Below the pieces are notes generated by a model. The model was not told where the DNA came from. It made no database searches and worked only from the letters and a program-made list of their open reading frames with translations. Both the position numbers and the translations under genes were made by a program. Shown here in pieces: positions 22,915 to 34,714 of a stretch of 64,000 nt of DNA. Each line of letters opens with the position of its first letter. The stretch's first letter is position 1. Source of the DNA: Squalus acanthias (taxonomy: Eukaryota). Location: assembly GCA_030390025.1 (NCBI GenBank), contig JASTWF010000034.1, positions 4,278,001 through 4,342,000 on the forward strand, read 5' to 3'.

Positions 22915-23435
22915 TCTTTCACAGAATAAGGCCATTCTGCCCACTGAGCGTGTGCCGGCTCTTTGGTTGTGCTAAAAATGGTTCCAGTTCCCTGCTCATC
23001 GCAAGAGCCTGAAAATGTTTCTCTCCAAGTATTTATCCAATTCCCTTCTGAAAGTTTCTATTGAATCTGCTTCCATCACCCTTTCAGACAGTGCATTCCA
23101 GAGCATCATAACATGCTGTGTAAAAAAATGCTTCCTCATCTCGCCTCTGGTTCGTTTGCCAATCACTTTCAATCTATGTTACCGACCCTTCTGCCACTGG
23201 AAACAGTTTCTCCTTATTTACACCACTATTAAATCTCCTCTTAACCTTCTCTGCTCTAAGGAGAACAAGCCCAGCTTCTCTCCACGGAACCAAAGTCCCT
23301 CATCCTGGTATCATTCTCTTCAATCTCCTCTGCACCCTCTCGAAGGCATTGACATCCTTCCTAAAGTGTGGCGCACAGAATTGAGAACAATTCTCCAGCT
23401 GAGTAGTAACCAGTGTTTTGTAAAGGTTTAGCACA
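22915..23435 (-). mobile_element. CR1 LINE 3' fragment
   Basis: Reverse complement of CR1 ORF2 end and 3' UTR (GGCCATTC..CCC, MRKHFFTQ, GLFSLEQRRLRGDLI). Confidence 0.8.
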
Positions 23436-23454
23436 ACTAAACACCAAATACTGC

Positions 23455-23570
23455 TCGACCGCGCAACTCTGTTTCTCTCTCCACGGATGCTGCCTCGCCT
23501 GCTGAGTTTTTCCAGCGTTTTCTGTTGTTATTTCGGATTTCCAGCATCTGCAGTATTTTGCTATCGTACT
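23455..23570 (+). mobile_element. Penelope-type 3' terminal fragment
   Basis: Near-identical to 45855-45958 (AACTCT..TCTCTCTCCACGGATG...CAGTATT.TGCTATCGTA). Confidence 0.82.
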
Positions 23571-24056
23571 GCAATTTCTGTGATGGGTTTCGAAGGGCAA
23601 GGCTAATCCAGGCAGTTGGATGTGTGAATGAGAACTTGAGCTGAAAGAAGCACATTTGGAGCACAGAGCCATGGGCACTCAGTTCAGTTTATGAATTGGA
23701 TCATGTTTCTCTAATTGTATTTCCTAACTCAGAATCAAGGCTTCATTTCGTTTCTTCCTCTGAGCCCCTGAATCTCATCTGGCAGCATAATGTTGGCGAG
23801 GGGTGATCTATTTCCCTGGGAAACAACAGGAAGAGAGCTCAGAGGCCGGCGGGCCAAAGGAGCAGCGTGTTCTGCAACCAATCGCGGTGCTTGAGTCTGC
23901 CAGTCAGGTGAGTCAGTGTGAACCCCTGTTAAACAATTTATCTTTTAAAAGTTAAATCGAGATTTTTTTTTGTCCAGTAAACAGTTTAACACTTGTCAGA
24001 ATTTTGTTTTCCTGGAGTTCCTATTATGAGTTTCAGACACTTCAGTGCAAAGTGGA

Positions 24057-24775
24057 CCATAGAATAATAGAATGGTTACAGCACAGAAGGAGGCCATTCG
24101 GCCCGTCGAGCCCGTGCCGGCTCTTTGCAAGTGCACTTCAGCTAGTCCCACCCCGCCCCGCCTTTTCCCCGTAGCCCTGTGTTTGTTTTCCTTCAGGTAC
24201 TTAGCCAATTCCCTTATGAAAGCCAGTTAGTTAAACACGATTTGTCTTTAACAAATCCGTGTTGGCTTTCCTTAATTAATCCACACGTGTCCAAGTGACT
24301 GCTCATTGTGTCCTGGATTATCGACCAGTTGTTTAAAGGCCATTCATTTCTCTGTTTCCATGTCACTCTTAGTTAAAGGTACAGAGATTGATTTCTGCTC
24401 ATTATGCATCTATTTGTGATATTTAGAGGGGCAATGACTTACGTTTCTGCACATTTAGGAGTTAAACTAACATCCTTCCTGTTAGTATTGAGTCACATTC
24501 TGTACTGGGAGAGACGGCTGGTGGTTTCAGCCTTTAACATTCTCATAATCTTGTTCAAATCCCTCCATGGCCTCGCCTCTCCCTATCTCTATGACCTCCT
24601 CCAGTCCTATAACACTCTTAATAAGGAGAAACTGTTTCCAGTTTCAGAAGGGTCGGTAGTCAGAGGACACAGATTTAAGGTAATTGGGGAAAGAACCAGA
24701 GGTGACATGAGGGGAACATTTTTACCCATCCTGCTGTTATGTCCTGGAATGCACTTCCTGAAAGGCTGTGCTGCT
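24057..24775. mobile_element. Cluster of LINE fragments: CR1 3' UTR (minus, 24057-24225), L2-like (plus, about 24530-24615), CR1 (plus, about 24617-24770)
   Basis: CATAGAAT tail with GGCCATTCGGCCC. FNILIILFKSLHGLASPYLYDLLQSYN. EKLFPVSEGSVVRGHRFKVIG. Confidence 0.72.
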
Positions 24776-24944
24776 CCCCATGGTCGAAATTCTGGCAGCT
24801 CACTGTATGGGCTCACAGCTCAGAATTACCACTTGACAAGGTACTGGAGGGCAATGGTGACTGGGGCCGATCCCCACCGTCACGCAGCACCTTCAGCATA
24901 GGCTGGTACAATTATACAACAGATATTTCCTCTACAGATAAGAA

Positions 24945-25298
24945 GAAATAAGAACATAAGAAATAGGAGCAGGAGTAGGCCATTCGGCCCCTCGAGCCTT
25001 CTCCGTCATTCAACAAGTTCATGGCTGATCTTCTACCTCAACTCCACGTTCTTTCACTATCCCCATATCCCTTGATTCCCTTAATATCCAAGAAGTTTTG
25101 ATATCTGTATTAAATATACTCAACGACTGATCCTCCACAGCCCTCCGCGGTAGTGAATCCCAAAGTTTCAACAACCTCTGAGTGAAGAAATGTCTCCTCA
25201 TCTCAGTCCTAAATGGCCGACCCTTATTCTGAGACTGTGACCTCTGGTTCTAGCTTCCCCAGCCAGGGGAAACATCCTCCCTGCATCAATCCTGTCAG
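24945..25298 (-). mobile_element. CR1 LINE 3' end
   Basis: ATAAGAAC tail, AGGAGCAGGAGTAGGCCATTCGGCCCCTCGA, MRRHFFTQRLLKLWDSLP. Homologous to 63620-63975. Confidence 0.9.
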
Positions 25299-25689
25299 AT
25301 AATGAAGGACCTGCAGTGTGTTTCCAGGAATTCCCTGTTTCATTGACGTGTTAGACACCAGGATTACTAAAAATGCACGGCCCGGAACATCCACGGGATT
25401 GCGATCCTGTCAGTTATTCTGGGATCACTACTGCTCCGGAACTCTACCACTCACCCTGCTGAAGGAAGTAGGTTCAGGGAGTGGGGCCCCCAGGAGTGGA
25501 CTGTAAGAAAGTTGGGGTTCCGTAGCCTGACAAATATATGGCGAGGAACCAGAGCAATCCTTACTAAGGCGCCGGCTGAGGTTTTAGCGTAGGTCTAGGC
25601 GTCGGTTGAATCATTCCTGACTCCCCGAGCTGTCTTACATTGAACCCAATTCAGATCAACATGGATTCAGGCTACAGGAGAATAGGGAA

Positions 25690-26030
25690 AGATATCACCC
25701 TCAATTGAGGGAGGCAAAAGCAGCCATTAGAGAAGCGAAGAGATCTTTGACAAAGAAGATGCTGAACCATTGTGGTAATAATAGCAAAAGCTTTTCCAGC
25801 GACGTCAGGAGTCAGAAGACCGTGAATGATGGTTTAGGGCCACTGAAAGACAGTTCAGGACAGATTGAAATAGATTCCCAGGCTCTGGCAGAGTTGTTAA
25901 ATGACTATTTCATACCAGCTTGCACTCCTGTGGATGATGCTCAGATTCCAGCTGTGGGATGTGCTGTCGACAATAACATCATAAATATTAAAATAGAACG
26001 GGATTGTCATCGTGGGTAAAATAGGAAATC
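25690..26030 (+). mobile_element. CR1-group LINE internal ORF2 fragment
   Basis: KAAIREAKR...NSKSFSSDVRSQKTVNDGLGPLKDSSG...LAELLNDYF matches the EN-RT linker seen in the other CR1 copies. Confidence 0.75.
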
Positions 26031-26039
26031 TGAAAATAT

Positions 26040-27182
26040 CTCCGCATTTGCCTCTGTCTGTGTCACGCATTATATGTCTCGCCCCAGTCTGTTTCCATCC
26101 GTCTCTCTCGCATCGGTCTGTCTCCCCGCTGGCTCTGTCGTTCTCTCTCTCTATCTCCCACCATATGTCTCTCTCTGTCCTCACCCCGTCTGTTTCCATC
26201 AGTCTCTCAGACCCTGTAATTCTAATCCTGGTCTGTTTCCGGTTCCTACTCCCCCGTATGTCTCTCTTACACTTGCCCCGATATTCCTATTCCTACGGGG
26301 GTGTACGCGCTGTGTACATGCGCTGAAAACCGGCATTTCCGATCTGTCAAGAATGCTCCCAATGGCCCACGTGATCCCAGGGAGGCTTGCGAACCGCATG
26401 CGCCCCTGGGATACGTAGGCCCTGTCGACTTGGAGTTCGAGAGTCCCAGCATCGCAACTATACGCACCTTGGCAGCCCTCAGGTAAGTGCGCAGATTTTT
26501 TTCCAGATCGGAGGCTTCCGCATGCGGGGAGCCTCCGATCGGAAAATACAGCCCACTCACTCCCGCGCCTGTCTTCCCCGTCTGTCTCCCACCGTCTGAC
26601 TCTCTCTTTCACTCACCCCAGCGTCTCCTCAGCTGGTCTGTCTCTCCTTCTGGCCCCCACCATCTGTCTCACCGCCGTCTGTCTCTGCCTATCTGTTTAT
26701 CTCTCTCTATCTTAAACCTGCCTGATTTTTCTGTCTCCCCGTCTGCCCCCTACCGTCCATCTCCCCATCTGTCTATCTCTGTGTCACCCACCATCTGTAT
26801 CCCCCCAGGCTGTCTCCATCTGTTTCCCTCCCCGTCGGTCTGTCTCCAACATTGTATGTCGCTCTCTCCCTACATCCCACCGTATGTCTTTCTCTCTCTC
26901 TCTCTCTCTCTATCTCCCACCGTATGTCTCTGTCTCCAACCCCCTGTCCGTCTCTCTCTCTCTCTCTCTCTATCTCCCACCGTATGTCTCTCGCTCTGTT
27001 CCCCTGTTGGTCTTTCTCTCTCTCTATCTATCTCCCACCGTATGTCTCTCTCTCCATCACCCTGTTGGTCTCTCTCTCTCTCTATCTCTCACCGTATGTC
27101 TCTGCCTCCAACCCCCTGTCGGTCTCTATCTTTCTTTCTCTATCTCCCACCGTATGTCTCTCTCTCTGTCCCCTGTTGGTCT
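26040..27182. repeat. CT-rich low-complexity minisatellite
   Basis: Repeats of (CT)nATCTCCCACCGTATGTCTCT...CCCCTGT, clearest at 26870-27180. Confidence 0.88.
26276..26554. mobile_element. About 280-bp CpG-rich, multi-hairpin insertion, putative MITE
   Basis: Interrupts the CT tract. Ends GCCCCGATATTCC / GGAAAATACAGCCC form a weak inverted repeat. Internal palindromes at about 26365-26421 and 26499-26546. Confidence 0.5.
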
Positions 27183-29530
27183 CACTGTAACACTCTGATG
27201 TACCCCACATCCCTCACTGTAATACTCTGATATAAATCCACACCACTCACTGTAACACCCCAAACACGCTTCTGTAATTCTGATATACATGGCGCTACTC
27301 ACTGTATCACTGATATAACCCACACCCCTCATTGTAACACTCTGATATAAACCACACCACTCACTGTAAGACTCTGATATACCCCACACCCCTCACTGTA
27401 ACACCTTGATATACCCCACACCCCTCACTGTAACACTCTGATATAAACCAAACCCCTCAATGTAACACTCTGATATACCACACACTCCTGACTGTAACCC
27501 TCTCTTACATACATCAAATCTCTTAATGTAACACACCGTTATACCCCATGCCCCTCATTGTAACACACTCTGATATACTGCATACCCCTCGCTGTAGCAC
27601 TCCAATATACCAAACACCCCTGACTGTAAACCTGATATACCCGACACCCCTCACTGTAACACTCTCTGATATACGACATACCCCTCGCTGTAACACTCTG
27701 ATATACCCGACACCATTCAGTGTAACACACTGATATAATCCCAACCCCTGACTGTAACACTCTGTTATACAACGCAACTCTCCCTGTAACACTCTGAGGT
27801 AACCCACACCACTCATTGTATTACTCTGATATAAACCACACCCCTCACTGTAACACTCTGATGTAATCGCACGCCCCTGACTATGATATTCTGATATACC
27901 CCACACACCTCTTTCTGCAACACACCGATATACCCGACAGCCATCACGGTAACAACATGATATACCCAACACCCCACACGGTAACACTATGATATATCCC
28001 ATACCCCTCGCTGTACCACTGTGATATACCCTACATCACTCACTTTGACACTCTGATATACCCCTCATTTTAATCCTCTCGTACATATCCCAAACCTCTC
28101 ACTGTAACAGACCAATATACCCCACGCGACTCACTGTAACTCTCTGATATACCCCATAGCCCTCACTGTAACTCTCTAATATACCCCACACCCCTCGCTG
28201 TAAAACACTGATATATCCCACACGACTCACTCTAAGACTCTAATATACCCCACACCCCTCGCTGTAACACACTGATATATCCCACACGACTCACTGTAAC
28301 TCTCTGATATACCCACACCCCTCAATATAACACTCTGATATACCCCACACAACTCACTGTAAAACTCTGATATACCCCACACCCCTCACTGTAACACTAT
28401 GATATACCCCACACAACTCAATGTAACACTCTGATATACCTCACACCCCTCACTGTAACACTCTGATATGCCCCACATCCCTCACTGTAACTCTCTGATA
28501 TATTCCACACGCCTCGCTTTAACACGCTGATATACGCCACATGACTTACTGTAACACTCTGATATACCCCGCACCCCTCACTGTAACACACTGATATAAC
28601 CGACACCCCTTAATGTAACAATCTGATATAGACCCACACCGCTCATTTTATTACTCTGATGTACACCACACCCCTCACTGTAGCATTCTGATATAAACCC
28701 ACTCCCCTGACTATAACCCTTTGATATATCCCACACACCCCTCACTGTAACACACCGATATATCCCACACCCCTCATGGTAACACTCTGATATACCTATC
28801 ACACCACACGGTTACACTCTGATATAGCCCACACCCCTCGCTGTAACAATCTGATATACCCCACTCACCTCCCTTTAACACTCTGATATATCCACATCAT
28901 TCACTTGAGCACTCTGATATAACCCTCACTTTAATCCTCTTACATAACCCAAACCTCTACTGTAATGGACCGATATACGCCCCTCACCTCCCTTTAACAC
29001 TCTGATATACCTCACACCCCTCAATGTAAAACTGTGATTTACCACACACCACTCACTGCAAGACTATGATACACCCCACATCCCTCACTGTAACTTTGAT
29101 TAGCCCACATCCCTCGCTGTAACACTGCGATTTACCCCACACTCCTCACTCTAACACTCTGATATACCGGACACCTCTCTCTCTAACTCTCTGATATGGC
29201 CCACAGCCTTCACTGTAACACTCTGATATACCCCACACGACTCACTTTAACTCTTTGATATACCCCACGCACCTCACTGCAACACGTTGATAAACCCCAC
29301 ACCCCTCACTGTAAAACTTTGATACAGCTCTCACTGTAATCCTCTCTTACATATCCCAACCCCCTCACTGTAACACTCTGATACACCCCTCATTGTAATC
29401 CTCTCTTACATACTGATAAACCCCACACCACTCACTGTCACACTATGATACATGCCACACTCTGGGCTGTTATTCCCCACAGCACTCACTGTAATACTAA
29501 TATTGTTCCACACCACTCACTGTTATCACT
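27180..29530. repeat. 32-bp tandem minisatellite
   Basis: Unit CTCACTGTAACACTCTGATATACCCCACACCC, diverged copies. Confidence 0.95.
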
Positions 29531-29844
29531 GCCACTTTAATCCCATGGGCTTCAATTTTGGTAATATGTGATACTTTATCAAGCACCTTTTGTAAGGATA
29601 GGGGGATTGGGAAAGTGTGAGTAGTATCAATCATACAACGATAGAATTGGAGATCCAAGTGTTGTTGACAATTTGTTTAGCATACTTGACGCCCCGCTCT
29701 GATCACAGGCCTCATCTGGTTTCAATCAATGAATTATAAAATCATTGATTTTAATCCAATTTTATTATTTCTATGTATTTCTTCTCAGGCTAGGGGTGAC
29801 GCTGTCAAGGCCGGTATTACTTTCCCATCCCTAGTTCCCCATGA

Positions 29845-30316
29845 GAAGAGGGCATTTACTGGAATGGTACCAGAGATGAGACGTTTCAGTTATATGGAGA
29901 GACTGGAGAAGCTGAGATTTCCCCCCTTCGACCAGAGAAGGTTAAGGGGAGATTTAATGGAGTTGTTCAAGGATTTGGATAGAGTAAATAATGAGGAACT
30001 GTTTCCAGTGGCGGAAGGGTCGTAACCAAAAGACAAAGATTTAGGATAATTGGCAAAAAACCAGAGGGAAGCTGAGGAGAATGTGTTTTACGCGGCGAGT
30101 TGTTATGATCTGGAATGCACTGCCTGGAAAGGTGATAGAAGGAGATTCAATAATAACTTTAAAAAGTGAATGGGATCAATACTGGAAGTGAGGGATTTGC
30201 AGGGCTATGGCAAAAGTACAGGGGATTCGGACTAATTGAATAGCTCTTTCAAAGGGCCGGCACAGGCTACATGGACCGAATGGCCTGCTTCTGTGCTGTA
30301 TGATTCTATGATTCTG
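29845..30316 (+). mobile_element. CR1 LINE 3' end
   Basis: FTGMVPEMRRFSYMERLEKL...RRLRGDLMELFK, 3' UTR GGACCGAATGGCCT, (GATTCTAT) tail. Confidence 0.9.
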
Positions 30317-30384
30317 TGAAAAAATAAGGCATTGAGTCCTTATCTCATGTGTAAAATCGAAGTTCTGCAGTTTTTGAGACAGAT

Positions 30385-32043
30385 TTTCAACCATCTTCAG
30401 TTAGAAGTGCCGAGTGGATGATCCATATCGGCCTACTCCTGAGGTTCCCACCATCACAGAAGCCAGTCTTCAGCCAATTCGATTCACTCCACGTGATATC
30501 AAGAAACGGCTGAGCGCACTGGATACAACAAAGGCTGTGGGCCCCGACAACATCCCGGCTGTCGTGCTGAAGACTTGTGCTCCAGAACTAGCCGCGCCTC
30601 TAGCCAAGCTGTTCCAGTACAGATACAACACTGGCATATATACGACAATGTGGAAAACTGCCCAGGTAAGCCCTGTCCACAAAAATGAGGACAAATCCAA
30701 TGCGGCCAGTTACTGCCACATTAGTCTACTCTCAATCATCAGCAACGTGACGGAAGGTGTCATCGACAGTGCTAGCGGCACTTACTTACCAATAACCTGC
30801 TCACTGATGCCCAGTTTGGGATCTTCCAAGACCACTCTGCTCCCGACCTCATTACAGCCTTGGTCGAAACATGGACAAAGGAGCTGAATTCCAGAGCGAG
30901 GTGAGAGTGACTGCCCTTGACATCAAGGCAGCATTTGACCGAATGTGGCATCAAGGAGCCCTAGTCAAACTGAAGTCAATGGGAATCGGGGGAAAACTCT
31001 CCACTGGCTGGAGTCATACCTAGCAGAAAGGAAGATGACTGTGGTGGCTGAATGTCAATCATCACAGCCCCAGGACATCGCTGCAGGAGTTCGTCAAGGC
31101 AGTGACCTAGGCCCAACCATTTCCGCTGCTTCATCAATGGCTTCCCCTTCAACGTAAGGTCAGAAATAGTAGTGTTCGCTGATGACTGCACAGAGTTCAG
31201 TGCCAATCTCAGCTGTACAGATAATGAAGCAGTCCATGCCCGCATGCAAAAAGAGCTGGACGACATTCAGGCTTGGGCTTACAAGTGGCAGGTAACATTC
31301 GCGCCACAGACGTGCACGGTAATGACTATCTCCAACAAGCGAGAGTCTAACCACCGCCCCTTGACATTAAACGACATTACCATCGCCGAATCCTCCATCA
31401 TCAACATCCTTTTGGTCACCATTGACCAGAAACTTAACTGGACCAGCCACATAAATACTATGGCAACAAGAGCAGGTCAGAGGCTAGGTATTCTGCGGCG
31501 AGTGTCTCAACTCCTCACTCCCCAAAGCCTTTCCACCATCTACATCGCACAAGTAAGGAGTGTGATGGAATACTCTCCACTTGCATGGTTGAGTGCAGTT
31601 CCAAGAACAATCAAGAAGCTCGACACCATCCAGGACAAAGCAGCCCGCTTGATTGGCACCCCATCTACCATCTTAAACATTCACTCCCTCCACCACCGGC
31701 GTTCCGTGGCTGCAGTGTGTAACATTTACATGATGCACTAAAGCAATTCACCAAGCCTTCTTCGGTAGCACCTCCCAAACCCGCGAACTCTTCCACCTAG
31801 AAGGACATGGGCAGCAGGCGCATGGGAACACCACCACCTCCAAGTTCCCCTCTAAGTCACACACCATCCTGACTTAGAAGTATATCGCCGATCCTTCATG
31901 GTCGCTGGGTCAAAATCCTGGAACTCCGTAGCTAACAGCACTGTGGGAATACCTTCAACACACGGACTGCAGCGGTTCAAGAAAGCGGCTCTCCACCACC
32001 TTCTCAAGGGCAACTATGGATGAGCAATAAATGCTGGCCTTGT
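30385..32043 (+). mobile_element. 5'-truncated CR1/L2-group LINE, RT domain, frameshifted
   Basis: KAVGPDNIPAVVLKTCAPELAAPL, ALDIKAAFDRMWH, GVRQGSDLGP, FADD, MEYSPLAW. Ends GCAATAAATGCTGGCCTTG. Confidence 0.92.
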
Positions 32044-32044
32044 C

Positions 32045-34700
32045 CCCTGGCGAAGTGGGGTGAGGGGTGGAGTGAGGAGATGGGCAGGCCTTCTCATTAA
32101 CCACCCCGTCATAGCCTTAAAGCTGAAATATCTGTGGTGCTATGTGGGTTTGCTCTCATGGCCATCAGACAGTTGGATAACATGTTAAACCACTGTCTGG
32201 GGTGGTCCGTACAAAACGTTTCCAGCATGGTTTTAAGGGTTCGATTTCCCCACTCCACTACCCCTGATGATTGTGGGTGGTGAACTACATGCAATTTGTG
32301 GGAGAATTTCATGAGTCTCTGAAGTTCTGAGAACATTTTGCTGGTAAAATGAGTCTCTTGGTTACTATCCACCTGGATTGTTATTCCGCACCTGCAGACC
32401 ACCTCACACAAAAGCAGTTTTGCTGCTGTCAGGGCTGTGTTCATTCTACAGCGGAAAGCCTCAATCCATTTCATCAATATGTCTATTAGGACCAGACAGT
32501 ATTTGTAGCCCGAGGGCGCCGTGACGAGGGTGCCTGTAAAGTCTATCTGGATGTGTGTCCAGGCTCCGTAGTAAATCGAATAATTCTCCTCCCATAGCTG
32601 GGGGGCGCAGGTGACACAGACATCCGGGGTACTGACGTACATGAGGATGTATAGCATTGTGCCGGGCGCATCATGGTGAAGGGAGGTGAGCGGGGTTAAC
32701 GGGGTTGGCCCAGTAAGGCTGGCCCTGCAGGTGCCATGCGATTACGACCGAGTATGGGTCGTACATGGCTTGCAAGGAGGCTGGATCGTTGACCGGGCTT
32801 ACAGCTGATACGGGTAACGGGTCAGTTTCCTGGGGTTTTGCCCCCACAAACAGGCCACTATTCCGGCCTGCTTTGCTGCCTTGTCTGCAGAGGAGTTGCC
32901 CCTAGCTAGTGGTTCCATGGAGCGGGAATGTGCCCTAACCGTGCCCATATAGACAGGTGCCGTACGTCCCCGCAACACCGCGTCCAGAACCCGAAAAAGG
33001 ACCGCGTGTAACAAGAGTTTACCGTCGGTAATGCAAACGTTATTCCGGGCACACAGGGGTAAGGAGAGCAGGGTGTTGATAGCATAGGCACTGTCGGACC
33101 AAATATTCATACTTTGAGAACTGGTAATCTGAATGGCAGTGACGGGGGCAGCCACCTCAGCGTACTGTGCCGAATGAGGGCTACATTTTTAATGAATGAC
33201 CACATTCGGCAAGATAATGGCGAACCCGGTGCACGGTTTACCGTCCTTGTGAAATGACGATCCCTCGATAAAGGCATCCGGAGCGTCCTGAATCAGCTCT
33301 GCCTGGACCGAAGGGATGCGGAAGTCCAGCGGAGGAAGGGAACATTCGTGTGGTGGTTCGTCGTACAGGACACGCTGAGGCAGTGAGGTAATTGGTTTGG
33401 GAGTGATCTCCAGGTCGCGCTGAGTCAGTTCCAATGTCCAATGGCTCAGCCGGGCTGATGACACCGGGCCGGAGCAACAGGTTCAGAGGTGTGTGTGGAA
33501 TCTGCAGTATCACCCGCTTGAACGCCGTATTGTGGTGAACTGTTTGACGGCCCAGATCGTGGACAACAAGTGTCTTTCGCAAGTGGAGTAAGTCAGTTCG
33601 ACGCCCCTTAAGATTCTGGAGGCCGATGCGATAGTTACTAGTCCGCCCTGGTTATCTTGGCATACGGCGGCGAAGGGCTTTTCTCGCTGGGTCCGAACAC
33701 CATGTGGAGGGGTTTCTGGGATTGGGTGAAACCAGACATGTCGCCTGTAGGCGGATTGCTTCAACGGCGCCACTGCGCCCATGCAGCCCTCAGTCCAGCC
33801 GGGTTTGATATGATGGTCATCTCCTTTAAGTAGTTCATGAAGTGGTGCAGCAGTCTCTGTGAACCGTGGAATGAAGGTACGCTGATATCCCACCAGCCCA
33901 AGGAAGGAACGCAGTGCAGTCTTTGAGGTGGGCAGGGTTAGACGCTGGATGGTTTCGACCTGGGGCCGTTCAGGGCTGATGCCGGATGCTCCGATTCGGA
34001 CGCCTTTAAAGGTAACAGTCCTGTGCCAATTGTGCCTTACGTGGTTGAACCTTTAGTCCGGCAGCCTTCAGTAGTCGCAATAGTTCTTGTAGGGGGTTTC
34101 GGTGCTGGGCGCCGTCTGTGGCAGCAAGCAGGATATCATCAACATATTGAAGCAAATCGGAAGGTAGTGGAAAGCTCTTCAGAACCCTGGCCATACGTTT
34201 GTGGAAAAATAATGGGGGCATTATCGGACCCCTGCGGCAAACACGTCCAGGTGTAACCCTGATCCTCGAAGGTAAATGCGAATTTAAACTGATCTTCCAG
34301 TCTTATAGAGATTCTCCAAAAGCCATTAGAACTATCCAGGGTTGAGAAGACTGTCCTTCCGCTGGGAAGCTGAGAGAGTAGGGTGGGTGTGTCCCGAACT
34401 CTCTGTCTGGAGTTCTAGATGGCCCTGACTTTTGGTTAGGCAGCGGGTCCTCAACGGCCGCTACTGCAGCCTTGGCAGGTGTCCTAGGGATATTGGCACG
34501 GGTCTGATCCCAAGCAGTCCTGGCATGGGTGCGTAGTTGTTCCCACGGGGTGTCGTTGGAGACGTAAACGCCCAGCACGTTATGGACCAATGGTTGGAGG
34601 CCGTTCAAAAAGAGGTTTTTGAAGCTCGGGTGTTTGAAGTAATTCCCTCCACCGCCCCTGGTGCGCTGGGAAATGTCATGGAGTTTATGCACAAAAAGCA
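32045..34700 (-). mobile_element. Degenerate endogenous retrovirus-like element A: gag fragment, partial RT, tether RNase H, RNase H, integrase
   Basis: LLQYVDDILLA; ASASRILRGVELTYSTCERHLLSTIWAVKQF (tether); AFIEGSSF, SAQYAE, NIWSDSAYA, VRAH...GNSSADKAAK (RNase H); WTHIQIDFTG, DSNQETHFTS, HHPQSSGVVE (integrase). Gag-like KNLFLNGLQP is fused to mid-RT by deletion. Confidence 0.9.
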
Positions 34701-34714
34701 TTCTGGCTTTCGGT

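Noticed and set aside
26012..28802. Leu/Ser-rich and Val/Gly/Tyr-rich ORFs
   Set aside because: Translations of the CT-rich and 32-bp minisatellites.
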